DNA from: Vermamoeba vermiformis
Lineage: Eukaryota
DNA length: 64,000 bases
Reading direction: 5' to 3'
NCBI GenBank assembly: GCA_045837725.1
Contig: JBEWZL010000073.1
Coordinates: forward strand, 1 to 64,000
Shown: piece after piece, positions 13,935-26,079 of the stretch
Position numbering within the stretch: position 1 is the first letter of the stretch
Layout: every line of letters begins with the position of its first letter
Notes under the pieces: model-generated
Told to the model about the DNA's origin: nothing
Database searches by the model: none
The model's input: the letters and a program-made list of their open reading frames with translations, nothing else
Translations under genes and position numbers: made by a program

Positions 13935-14431
13935 GATTAGGTGTTGCATTTGTTCTTGCAAATAAAAATAATGAAACCGCTTTTTGGGTTAGTGGACTGA
14001 AGGGAATTAGTGAGACTGCAGCCACATCCAGATTGTGTTCTTCTTCAGAGAAGCTCTTCTCCATTTGTTTCAATCTCAAGAGAGTATCACAGTAATGCTG
14101 CTCCAACAGCTATCTTAGTCTGCTGTTCAGTCATGAGGAGAAAGTCTTCCTGATGTGGATGCCCAATGAGAACCTGTGACCATGTGAGGAAAAATATAAC
14201 TAGGCACTTCAGCCCATATGGTCCATCTGCTATTAGCATTTGAATTCTTCAGGCCTGCCCACTCCACAGTACAGGAGGAGAGGGAGGGGGGGGGGGGGGC
14301 CTAGCTCGCCCGAAATTACTGCATGCACCACAACTTATAACACTTATGTATTTACAGCAAGGAAGCACATGCTTTTATTTTATTCTTATGTCTTAGACAG
14401 TAACAATTCACAGTTCTTATTTGTAGCAGAC

Positions 14432-15330
14432 TTATGGTTCTGTAGCTTCAAAGAGTTGAGCCATTTGCTCAATTGTTGGATTTGTTTGGTTGTTTAAGAC
14501 TGTCTCTAACTGAATATTTAATTAGTAGTGTTCCATAAATCTTAATGATCTAGTACCATTCTTGCATAGTAAGGACTTTGAGGACCAATGTGCTTGACTT
14601 GACGCAGTATTCCATAAGCTAGAGTGCTAGCATGGCTTTCATATCTCTTGGCTCTGCCAAAATAAGCAAACAAGTTGACATAACATTGACAAGCTTCTTC
14701 ATTGAAGTCAGTCAGATAGAGCAGGTCTAATAGGTAGCCTAATGCTTCTTGAGCTACATCTCCTTCACTCCACAACACTGCTCTTTGAAGCATCTTGATG
14801 CAAGCATTACGTGAGGATGAAACTCTGAGACCAAGCAAGCCAATGTATTGTACTGCTGAGGAAGAGAGTCCATTGTGATCACATGCTTCAGGATGAGTGA
14901 TGTTCGCAAGCCTAGTAGCACACAATTCCAAGTCACAATTCTTCAGGGCAAAACTGAGAGCTTCAAGTTGGTGCTCTGTCTGCATCAAGTTGACAGCAGC
15001 ACCAGCATGCAATACAGCAAACAAGGCTTCTCTAATTGTGCCGTCTCCTTCTTTAGCCAATGTCTCTATTAAATGTTGAGGTAGATGTGGATGTAGAGTT
15101 GGAGGGAGATTTGAGTAAAGAGAAGCAGATAAAAAAAAAAAATTTTTTTGGGGATTTGTTTTTTTTAAAAAAGGTCACAGATTGCACCCCTGAATGAGTT
15201 AATAAATGACATTGACTACTTGTTTTGGCTTACAATGCAAAGGAGGCAGTAAGTCTGCCACTTGATCTGCTCTTGACTCATATGAATGCTCAAGGCAAAG
15301 AACTAAAGTTGCAAGCTTGGTTTGGTACAT
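14432..15330 (-). CDS. Unknown helical protein (possible frameshift at homopolymers ~15130-15170)
   Basis: Main exon is ORF 14542-15060, open up to ~15130, with plausible GT/AG-bounded first and last exons. No recognised domain. Confidence 0.45.
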
Positions 15331-15460
15331 GTAGTGTTTGTTAGGTAATGTGGAGTTAATTTCACTTGGACAGGACGAAAAAAAATTGTACCTAATATTT
15401 GTTATTAAATTAATTAGAATAAAAAGTGTATTTGTGGTAAAAAGCCAACATAAAAAAGAA

Positions 15461-15531
15461 TGCACTCACCGGGAATCGAACCCGGGTCGCCCGCGTGGCA
15501 GGCGGACATCATGCCCCTAGACCATGAGTGC
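15461..15531 (-). tRNA. tRNA-Gly(GCC), copy 1
   Basis: Acceptor GCACTCA/TGAGTGC, anticodon loop CT-GCC-AC, T arm GGTTCGATTCC, downstream T-run terminator. Confidence 0.95.
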
Positions 15532-15652
15532 CTTGTTGAAATTTTCAGATCAGAATCTAACGGGGTCTTTTGTAAAAAGTTGATACAAAGTTTACTAACA
15601 AGTAAATTGTTTGGGCAAAGAGAGGCAAACCATAAATTGCTATTCTAGTTGC

Positions 15653-17270
15653 TTAATTTGCTTGTTCTCCATGCTTAGCAGTGTACTCTTCATACTTGTC
15701 CAGCTCTTCCACAGGTACTGAGGGATGGACTTTGCCAAATGTTTGCAAAATGTCTGCCTAGTCAATTCTATTACTCAACAGTTACTTTCAATTGAATGCA
15801 TACTTTGTTCAGAGGTCTGATAAGCACTTTAAACATCTGATTATCAATGTCTAATAAAGACATCATCAATGCTCCTGCATCATTCTCTTTGCATGGAAGT
15901 AATACCCTTCAATGTTTTAATTATTCATTTTGTATAGCTTTTCAGAAAGTTATACCTTTTCCCAGAATACTGTCTTGAAGGAACTTCTCTGAAGTACTTG
16001 GACAGTACTAATTCTCTTACTGATAATCCAGTCAGAACAAGTGTACTTTGTGCTGAGCACTTACTAGGAGCTTGCAATGCTTCATGGCAGGCCAGTGATA
16101 TATCAGAGCCAGAGAAGCCTTCGGTCATGCATACTAATGTTTTAAGACTGTCTTCATCCAAGTCACATTTTTCAGCAAAATTGATCCTAACAATAGTATT
16201 AGATATGCATATGAATGTGTTATGTTGTGTCACATACTTCAGAAGTTCTCTTCTTCCTAGTTCATTTGGCAGTGGAATGTGAAGTTTCTTCTGGAATCTA
16301 CATGCAACTTTTTTTAATCATTTTGATGTTACGTCAATTGTTTACCTTCTAAGTACTGCCGGATCTAGATCCCAAGGTCTATTGGTGCAGGCTACAATTG
16401 TTGCTTCAAGGCAGGCTGTCCACATTAATACCATATTTTTCTGTAGTGTTTGGCTTACAGTCCATTTGAAGCAGAAATTCATTCTTAATTCTTCTAGTGT
16501 TCTCATCTTCATTATCTGTTCTTTTCATGAGCAAGCTGTCAATCTCATCCACAAATAAAATTGCATTTTTTTCTCTGGCTTGTTGAAATGTCTGCTTGAT
16601 CAACCTTTCACTGGCACCAAACCATTTGGATAGTAGATCAGCTGAAGTAACACTTAGCACTGGCAATTTGGCTTCTGCAGCAATGGCCTGGACCAACTTA
16701 GTTTTTCCAGTTCCTGGTGGCTGCAATGAAATTAGAATGGTTTGTAATGAATATTTGGCACTTACTCCATATAGCAGAATCTTGTTCCATGGCTTCAAGG
16801 TGGAGTACAAGTAGGGGAATTTTCTTGGAAGGATAATAGCTTCAAGTAAGATTTGCTTTGCTTTTTCCAGACCTGCAATATGCTTCAGCTGAAGAAGTTC
16901 TGGATTCACACTCGTAGCTTCTGCCTCTGTAACCTCCATTATGTCTTCATGTGCTTCATCTTCTTTGGGAAGTTGCTTTGGTGCAACGGATGTTGGCATG
17001 GGACTGCTCAAGTCTTGAATTCTAAGTTGGTAAGTTGAAATTAAAATAGCAATTGAGTGTTGAACAGAGTCTGAGCTGAAGAGATTTGCTTTTGAGAGTG
17101 AAGCAGCAGCTTTGCCAAACATTCCCACTGCATTTTGAAACTGGCCAGAATTGTCTAGTGCAAGGGCAGACTGAGCACTAAAAAGAACTTAGCATGTTAA
17201 ATAGGTATGGCTCTTACCATGAGATAGCCTCATTTAGATGTAGTAGCAAAATGCTGCTTTTATTTGACAT
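15653..17270 (-). CDS. Divergent VPS4-like AAA+ ATPase (MIT-like N-terminus, AAA, Vps4-type C-terminus)
   Basis: PWNKILLYGPPGTGKT (Walker A split by an intron), ILFVDEIDSL, RRIKNEFLLQMD, TEGFSGSDI, beta-domain-like LPCKENDAGA, and C-terminal 'PSVPVEELDKYEEY'. Confidence 0.85.
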
Positions 17271-17351
17271 TGTTTTCAAATGATTACACTAAAATCCAAA
17301 AAAAGTACAAAAAAAAAAATATAATATTTGGTTTTAACTCAAAAAAAAGAA

Positions 17352-17422
17352 TGCACTCACCGGGAATCGAACCCGGGTCGCCCGCGTGGCAGGCGGACAT
17401 CATGCCCCTAGACCATGAGTGC
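17352..17422 (-). tRNA. tRNA-Gly(GCC), copy 2
   Basis: Identical 71-nt body to copy 1. Confidence 0.95.
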
Positions 17423-17485
17423 CTTGTTGAAATTTTCAGATCAGAATCTAACGGGGTCTTTTGTAAAAAGTTGATACAAAGTTTA

Positions 17486-19841
17486 CTAACTAGTAAAAGG
17501 CTTGGGCAGTTGAGCTAAAGGGGCAACTGTAGGCCTGCCATGAGCACATGCAAAAGGGTTCTTACATTGCTTCAATTCATTCACCAAACTCATGCATTCT
17601 TCCCTTGAAAGTTTATCTCCAAACATTATTGCACCTATTTCAAAAGTTAATTTTAAGTTGATAATTTTGGATTTTTTAGCTCTTACCTCTACAAGCTTTG
17701 CTGGCTAAGACCCTAGAGACAGCTTTGGGTCTGGTAATCTTCAATCCTCCATTGCTTTCCAATTGCTCTGCATACTCCAACAAATCTTGAACTTCCAATG
17801 AAACTCCCAGCACTACACCCACTTGTGTTAAATGCAATGTGTACTCCCTATAATGGCCATATTAGTCATTTAATATTAATAATAATATATAATAATTAAT
17901 TGCCTACCCATTAGCACTATATAACTTATAGTCCCACATGTAACGGCCAATCAAGTTCTTGTACTGCTCCAGCCAAGTGAATTCATGCAATGCAATGGCT
18001 TGGTGAATATCAACTTGTCTAGTTTGGATATTAACTTCTTGCCCATTGATTCCATAGACCTGTTGTTGCAATCTTTCCAGCAATACTCTTTCGTGGGCAG
18101 CATGTTGATCGATTGCAAAAATGAGATAGTTCACCTTGGTAACTAACATGAATTAATACTGTTAAATGCTTGTAAGCTGCTTACTAATGAATTTGCAATC
18201 AACTTGGCCAATCACTTCCATGTTTTCCAATGTTTGTTTGTCAACTTTAAGTTCTGATTGCACAGTGACCGGTGTTTGAGGCAAAATAGAGGCCCTAGTT
18301 ACTGCAGAGTGCTTCTTCCAGCCCTATGTCAATAAGTAGATAAAAAAAATCACAACCTATTTCCAACGTACTTTGATTAATTGATCAACTTCAAGGGGCT
18401 TGCCAAGAACTTCTGATTTTTGAACTCTACTATTTCTTGCAGCAATTGTAGGAATTTCAATGTCTTCTTCATTATTTTCTGGCTTGGCATGAAATTGTAT
18501 TTCTTCTGGGAATACATCTTTCAAAAGCAATGCAACTGCCTCCCAATCTTTGATATCTACTTCAAAGTGGTTTTCAGAGGGAATAAAGTCCACTGTGAGA
18601 GGATGCAGCCATATATTCAAGATGTATCCTGGCTCCAATTTTTCTTTTCTGTGTTTTCTGAATTCATCTGCAATCAGTTTGCTCAGCTTCAAGCTCTTTA
18701 CAAATCTTCTATTGATGAATAGATATTGGTGCACCTAACAAGGTTAAGACATTGAAGTTATATGTTAATTACCTTTGAATTGAATCCTTTTCTGCCTATC
18801 ACTCCAGAAATTCTGGGCAAGTTGACCATGTCAAATTCTTCGTCTCCAATCATCTGTTTAAAAGCATTGCTCAAAGAATTCCTTCTAGGAATTTCCAATA
18901 CTTTGCTGTTCATATCCTTCAGAACAAATACCACGTCTGATGAAATGTTTAGTACTGATTTTTTTGTCGATATGTAGTACTTTGATGCATTAAAGATATT
19001 CTTTCCAATTTCTTTTTAATGCAAGCAATATCTCTTTGATTGCTAATGTTTGTAGTCCTGACTGGATAGTTTTTCAAGAAATTGAAAACCATCACAGTTG
19101 TTCCTAGCAACATTCAGATTAACATTAAAGACTCATTCCTTTACTTACCATTGAGGGCTGTGCATGGTTGAATTAATGTAGCTGCACCATTCTTCAGTTT
19201 AACATTAGTTATTTACATAATCCTAATTATCATTACCTCTAGAACTTTAAAGTAAGATTGACTGCTTTGATGGTGCCTAGAACGAATTTCAATCCTGCTG
19301 ATTAGAGAAAGGCAGGCTGGTTTCATTAGTTCAATTATTGTAAGAATTTGATAATTACCTAGAAATTGTCCATGATAGCCATAAGTCGTTAGGGAATTCA
19401 AATCATTTTCTGAAGTGAGTTTGGAGGTGACTTCAGGCAAAAAATAAGTCCATGTTAATAGGAATGGGACTCACCATATGAATTTCCCAGCTCCTTGATA
19501 TCTTCATAGCAAATGCCAGCTCCATTATCTAACTCTTATTATTATCAGTTTTTTTATTTAACTTACTTACCCTTGACTTCAAAATACAGCTGCTCTGGAT
19601 TTGCTCTTATTCTGGGTTATTATGATTTTTAAAATTCAAAGCTTACATTACTTGAATCATAGTAGCACCGGCATCAAGACCTAAATATATCCAGTTAAAT
19701 TTCTATTATAATGCCTTTTGAATTATAATTGAAAAGGGTTAACTTACTGTTGAAAACTAGTTCTTCAATTGCCTGGGGAATTGAGGATAAGTGATAGCTA
19801 GCATGAACTTGGCTAGCAAGTTGATGAGATAGAGGCTTCAT
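17486..19841 (-). CDS. MLH3: MutL-gamma endonuclease subunit MLH3
   Basis: GHKL N-terminus (AIEELVFNSLDAGA, TYGYHGQFL), endonuclease motif DQHAAHERVLLE, KACRGAIMFGD and PFACAHGRPT. Confidence 0.9.
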
Positions 19842-19903
19842 TTTCTTTTTAGAAAAATAAAAAAATAAAACAATTAAAAACATTTTTTTTGCCAAACACA
19901 ACA
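19842..19903. promoter_or_regulatory. 62-bp head-to-head intergenic, putative bidirectional promoter (MLH3 / orphan)
   Basis: Divergent ATGs at 19841 (-) and 19904 (+) separated by AT-rich DNA. Confidence 0.5.
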
Positions 19904-21344
19904 ATGACCAACCCAGCGTCAAAGATTGCTAGGTTCAAAAGAAAGCTAGAAGGTGCTGAAGAAAAACCAAGCAAGAAGCAAAAAGTAGAAGATAAGAAGG
20001 AGAAGACTCAGTCAAAAGAAATTTCAGAAACTAAAAAGAAGACTGCCAACAATAAGAAAGTCATTACACTGGAAGAAGACACTACAAATAAGCTGAATTT
20101 TGTATTGCCAGAAGATGATGACTTTGTGGAGCCAGTCAAGCCAGCTCCCAAAAATTCCAAGGCCAATCTTCCAAAGCCAGTCAGAACTTACTCCAGATCT
20201 GAACGAGCTAAGAGCAGAAAGAGGCCTGAAGATGAAGAGAAGGAGAGATTGCAGGTGTTGAGCAAATTCAAGAAGAATGCAGCGCCTACCAGCCAGGCCC
20301 AGACTCCTCTCCAGACTCAAACTGCTGAAACTACTGATGGTGTTGAAAAATTTACAACTGAGGTTCCAAAGCTATTAACAGTAAGTCTCCATATTTAATA
20401 TCCCTGGAAAAATAATTTTAATAATTATGTTAGGATGAGAAGCCAGTGACTTCCAAGGCAAAACCTTCTCCCTCCAACAAAGGAATTTTTGCGAATGCTA
20501 AGTACTCAAAATTAATTCAAAAGAAGGGCTCAGTCAAAGGTACTTCATATAATAGCAATTTAAATACAACTTGTTTGGCTGATTTTGGATCTGCAGATCC
20601 TGGTCACAAGGAAGAAAACTTCATTGACTCAACAGAGCAATACAATCCTTACAACTTGGCAACTACTGCTCCTAATAACAACAACTTGGAGAAAGAGATG
20701 AAGACTGATTCAGTTGAAGAAAAGCCTGCAGATGAGAAAAAACAGCCCAAGAAAATCAAATCAAAACAGACTTTGGAATGTAAGTTTACCAATGTTGAAT
20801 TTATATTTTTTGAGCTGATAGTTGCATCAGATGTTCGTAAAACACGCTCTGAGTTGCAGGAGAAGATGGCAGGCTCCCAAACTAAATTGTAAGTGCATCA
20901 TCATTAAAATTAATTCTAAGTAATAATTCCAGGAAAAAAGACATTATGAGATTGATCAATGCCATTAATCCAAATATTTTGTCTGAGTCAGCTGAAGTTG
21001 AACTAAGAGCCACTCAATCATGTGTTGAAGCTTCAAGCAGAGTGTTGCAGGTAAAATTTTTCTTAAAATCTACAGAATCCTGATGTTGTTCACAGTCGCT
21101 TAGCATCCTCACTGATTCTTTGGCCATGGCTCAACCAATTGACATTCCATCAGATCATGACATGTTCCATGGCTCAGTGTTTGCTTACAGCCAGGCTCTA
21201 GCTCCCATCCAGTCCAGATCTGCTCCCAATCTACCCTTCAATGAAAGTTGGTCTAATCAGTTTTTGCCCATGGACTCAATCCAGCTTGAGACTCCCAAAA
21301 AAGATGATGATGAAGTGTTTGATCCTTCTGTTTTCTTTAACTAA
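19904..21344 (+). CDS. Lys/Glu-rich orphan protein, probably nuclear
   Basis: Consecutive spliced ORFs 19889-20398, 20446-20892 and 21120-21344, with NLS-like KRK and PSKKQK. Confidence 0.7.
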
Positions 21345-21470
21345 GCAGTGTCCAAAGAGACTCTGACAACATAGAAATAAACCTGCTACTCTATTTCATT
21401 TCAATACAACATTATTAGACATTGGGTTTAACTTTGCAAAAAAAATTGGATAAATCAAAATAAAAAAGAA

Positions 21471-21541
21471 TGCACTCACCGGGAATCGAACCCGGGTCGC
21501 CCGCGTGGCAGGCGGACATCATGCCCCTAGACCATGAGTGC
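21471..21541 (-). tRNA. tRNA-Gly(GCC), copy 3
   Basis: Identical body; the upstream flank is slightly diverged. Confidence 0.95.
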
Positions 21542-21635
21542 CTTGTTGAAATTTGCAGAGCAGAATCTAATGGGGTCTTTTGTAAAAAGTTGGTACAAAG
21601 TTTACTAACATAATAATAAAATGGTGATTCTATGC

Positions 21636-21717
21636 TTGGGCAAAGAAGGGCAAATCCTCAATCATTCATTGCTATTCTTGTTTGCTTGTTCTCCATGCTT
21701 AGCAGTGTTCTCTTCAT
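21636..21717 (-). pseudogene. Duplicated fragment of the VPS4-like 3' end
   Basis: tttgcttgttctccatgcttagcagtgttctcttcat matches 15657-15693 with one mismatch; the similarity extends back toward the tRNA flank. Confidence 0.75.
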
Positions 21718-21791
21718 GCTTCCACTGAGGTGATGTTGAAGTTTTATTTGGGAATTACAACGATACAACATGCAAGTTGCAACGGTAGGTT

Positions 21792-24484
21792 CTATTTGCC
21801 AGCCTTTGAGTGTAGATTTACAGCACGCTTTCTCTTTCTTGTCTATTTTGAGTTTAAAGTTAGATTAGGTTGCAAGTTGTGGATAGATAGTTTAACTTAC
21901 TGGAGCAACTGCTGGGCTGACATGGAATTTGAGTGGAATACCCTCCAATGCGTACACAAACACTTGCAAAGGAGTTAGCTCTGAATAGATGAGTTAATTA
22001 GTCTTTAACTTTGAATGAAGTGTACATACCTTCAGGGTTGAAAATGTCAATGTGCTCCAAGGTGTCTTCTTGTGCCAAAATATTTTCAACTGTGGCTGCA
22101 TAGTCCTCTTCTACCCTTTCTGGCACTTGATGATATTCAGCTCTTGACTCTTCATGCGACTGGCTAATGGGCATAATGAGAGGAGCAACATGTTCTTCTT
22201 CACCTGGAATATCCACCTTCTCACAGATGAAGTTCTCTCCAGACATGGAGAATGTAGGAACAATGGAGGGCTCTGGTTCAATGGCCTCAACGGCTGATTG
22301 CAGCTCATGTCCTGGCTCATTGTGCGCTGATGATGCATGTTGGGGGACTTGAGGGTGCTCCAACTCTGCAGAATTGCATTGTAGCGGTATATTCTCTGGG
22401 TCTGCCTGATCATGAGCTGATGATGCATCTTGGACTAGTACTTGGGAGATTTGAAGATGCTCCAATTCTTCAGTATTCCATTGTTGCAGTAGTTTCGCTT
22501 GGCCTGCCTTATCGTGAGCCTCCACCATAGTCTCCCCTGGTTTCACTTCAGGTTCATCAGAGGTCTCCTTCACATCAGCAGCTGTCCCAAGAGGCTCCAA
22601 TGTAAGTTCGACCAGTTGTTCTGGCAACTCTTTGGTTGTAATCTCTGGTTGATTGGAGTTGCTTGGCACCATTTCGATTTGATCTGTCAAAAGGATGCTA
22701 TCTGCGGTACTGCAGGAGGTAGAACATTGTATGGTAAGTGCCTCCCCTTTAAAAATAGTTAGAGTTTGTTGTTTGACTAAAGTTGAATTGTCTTACCTAG
22801 ACATTCCTTGTACTCTGCAGGCAGTTCTGTTGCTTGTTCATGTTTCCGTTCACCAAGTGTGCCACTTTCCTCCATCTCCTCATCTTGATGACGTAATGTT
22901 GAAGGTTCTGCAGAGCATTGATGTTCATGCAGAATAGTGACTTCACTGGTGTCTGTTGTGGGCTCTAGAACAGGAGTACCTGCAGCATCACGTTGGTTCT
23001 CTGGAAGTGCTGATTGTTCAAAGTTGCCTTGAAGGCTGCTTGTGCCAGGCTCTTTCTCTAGCAATTTCACGTTGCCATCATCTGCTTTTTCTACAATACA
23101 TGCATGTTCTTGGGTATCAATGTTGCTCATGACAATATCGGAGTGGGGAGTTGTAACTGCAGTGTCCAACACTTCTGTGGGGAAATTGATCTCCTCCAAA
23201 GGCACTGGTTGAATGAATGGCTTCAAGTTGACATCAGTAGCTTGTTGAGGCACAACTAAGTCATGATGAATTTCTGTATTCACAAGGGTTGTTGCCATTG
23301 ATTGTTCTTCGCAAGAAGTAGATGGACTAACGGTTTGTTGAGGCATTACTACAGCATGTAGATCTGCTTCATTCACAGGAGGTTGGGCTGCCATTGATTG
23401 CTCTTCAGATGAAGTAGATGGAGCAACATTCTGTTGAGGCATGACTACGGCTTGAGGAATTTCTTCGTCCATTGGTTGGATTACTGCTGTTGTTAGCTCT
23501 TCAGATGAGGTTGATGGAGCAACAAACTCTATTGCTGAATCTAACGATTGAGCAACAGATTCCATGCTAGGCAAAGTAGGCATTTGAACTTCCAGCAATC
23601 CCGTGTTCAGATCTTCTTCAGAGGCAATAGTGGCAGTGGAGATAGTAGAGTCCTCCACATCTTTGTCAGTTTTCAATGTGATTGCCAGTTCAATAGGTTG
23701 GCTGGGTTCTTCTGCTGGGATCGTTGGAGGAGCTTGCTGCACAGAGACAACTTCCATGCCAGTAGTTTCATTGGCTTCCAGAACAGCTGTTTGCTCAGTA
23801 GAAGGGTGGTTGGCATCAGCAGTGCAATCAGTTTCCATAGGCACGTTGGCTTCAGCAGAAATCTCAGTACTTGAAGTTGTTGGGGCAATCTCTTCAGCAT
23901 TTGTTTCGATAACATTTGCATTGTTTCCTGGTATATCGTGAACAGCACTAATACTTTAAAGTGATTAGTTTATGCTGTACAACTGTATTTTGTAACTACC
24001 TAGTGTCCACGACAGGAGGAGGCAATAGAGATGGTGCTTCATGATGTTCTACCAGTGCTGGTTGAGGTCTCTTAAATGGGTTACTTGGTACTGAAGCAGG
24101 GACATTGAAGTAAAAAGTTGGCCTGGCAGTGAGTTGATCCGGTTCTTTGAAGTTGTTACTAGAGGGTCCTTCCTCCAAAACCTTGGGTGACTCTGCCTCT
24201 TGGACATAGTTTGAATGAATAGGAAGATCTAAACTAGCAGTGCGCTCCAAAGATGTAGAAGTAGAGTTTGGTCCAGAGTAGAAATGCAGAAAAGTTGCAG
24301 CTATTTTGGGTTTTGCAGCACTTGGAGCAGTAGAGTAATTGGCTGGTGCAGAGAGGATAGGTCTTGGCAACACTGGACTTGGGGTAGTTGCTGGAATTGA
24401 AGTCTGGCTAGGAGTTTGGAACTTGCGCATGATATTCTGAATCAAGGACTGCATATGGTTGGAGGAAGGAGGATTAGAGCTCAT
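21792..24484 (-). CDS. Large acidic, low-complexity orphan protein with internal repeats
   Basis: ORFs 23996-24484, 22777-23844 and 21998-22690 joined by short introns. Last exons LTPLQVFVYALEGIPLKFHV and TRKRKR (NLS-like). Confidence 0.7.
23240..23525 (-). repeat. About three tandem ~32-codon repeats (V.PSTS.EE...VVMPQQ)
   Basis: VAPSTSSEEL / VAPSTSSEEQSMA / VSPSTSCEEQSMA in ORF 22777-23844. Confidence 0.8.
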
Positions 24485-24551
24485 TTTCTGGCAGTTGTTG
24501 TAATGTGACCAAAAAAATTATTAAATAAGTTATAAGAAAATGTTTTTTACA

Positions 24552-26055
24552 TTAATTAAATAATTGAGTTACAGGAAATTCAATTTCTTTTCCATTAATA
24601 GCCATGATCACTGAGGCAAATAATATGCTTCTTGGGGCCTCCCCTTCCAATTCTTTTATCAGATCTGGCAAATTTTCCACGTCTAATTTTTCAGAGATTG
24701 TTGTTGCTAGCAAAAGTATTAACAAAATTTTCTTTACTATTGTTTTCTTACCCATTGCCTCTATGCTGATATTTTCTGGAACTCTAGTTGCAGGGCTGAT
24801 TTTTCGTCGTTTACTTGACTCAGTATTGTCTTCAACAGCAATCCAATCATTTTCTTCCATTGAATTATTTATTTCCTCTGGAACGTTGGGGAATTGCTAG
24901 AATATCACAATTAGTGTTGATTATACATAAATTAGTTACCTCATCTTGAGGAGCCAGGAAGTTTTTGTAATGTGCAATGCTGCCATTAAACTGCTTGAAG
25001 AATCCATGCTTGCAGTCATTAAGACTCAAAAATCTGTCGAATGAGAAGGCTTCTTTCTGTTCCAACCACTTTTCCACAATGTTCTTAGGCTTTTCTTGTG
25101 GCTGAAATTGCAAGGCGAATTTTCGTTCCTTCTTCTTGTATTTAGGAGGTTTAAGGTCTTGATGTGCTGGCAGCTCCAAAATTGTTCTAAAGTCAAAGGT
25201 TTCTGCTTCTTTTCGGTTTTTCTTTTTCTTAGGAACTTCTTCCACCATTGGAGCTGCTGGAATTTCTTCTGTTTCTTCATTGACAGCCTCTTCCTCTTCT
25301 GTAATGGGATATTCTTCTGCTGCAGGTATTTCTTCAGGGTTAAAATCCTGCTCTTCAAGTGGCTGATTATGAGCAGCCACGGGCAGATCAGATGAGGATG
25401 GAATAAGAGCAGGCAGGTTTTCCAACTGGCTTGGATTGAAAGGCAGAACTTTCTCCATAAGATTTTGCACATTAATAACTTCATTGGAGACACTTTGTTT
25501 AGGGAAAAGAATATCATCCAATTCCAGAAATGTGCTAAAGTAAAGTTAATTAGTTTATAGCAAATCAGCACTGATTGCTTACCATGTAGCCTTTTTCTTA
25601 AACAGGACTCCCAAAGCTGAATTGTTTATTGGCTGTGGAGGCTCTGCCAGCTTGAGTGAAATGGTGTTGCAAAGATGTTTCAGATCTGAACCCTGGAGAA
25701 CTCTTGTTTGAAAATTATTGTACTTCTCAACAATGTTTGGGTCTTCTTGTACTTCAAACACCTCTTCATCTTTAGAGGCCACAGAATCTATTTTTGGAGC
25801 AGAATTGAATATTTTGATGGCTGCATTCGTTTGCTGTATCAAGGATTCTTGCTGTGCTTTTATGACAGCCAGCCTAAAATGTGGTTAGTAAGCATAGTAA
25901 AAGAGATGTATCAACCTTAATTCCAGGTCGGTTTCTGCATCTTTCAGCTGATCATGTTCAACACCAAATGGGCTTGTTACTGCAGATATGACTTCAGGGT
26001 TCCAAGGCTGCTTCTTTTGATGAAGATTGGTCAACAAGTTGTGTTTGGAAGTCAT
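24552..26055 (-). CDS. Orphan protein; candidate divergent condensin kleisin (CAP-H/barren-like)
   Basis: Spliced ORFs 25579-25842, 24865-25521 and 24552-24860. Weak kleisin-like motifs: DPNIVEKYNNF..QGSDLKHL, KKNRKEAETFDF, C-terminal LIKEL..APRSILFASVIMAIN. The gene is fairly secure; the family call is tentative. Confidence 0.4.
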
Positions 26056-26079
26056 GTTACCAATTAATGGATTATTTAT

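Noticed and set aside
15460-15648. Repeated ORF 'MHSPGIEPGSPAWQADIMPLDHEC...' (also 17264-17518)
   Set aside because: It is the antisense translation of the tRNA-Gly cassette.
15653-17270. PCH2/TRIP13 or FIGL1 call for the AAA ATPase
   Set aside because: The MIT-like N-terminus, beta-domain-like insert and motif wording fit VPS4 better.
21792-26055. REC8 call for the acidic proteins
   Set aside because: No recognisable Rad21/Rec8 N-terminal motif.
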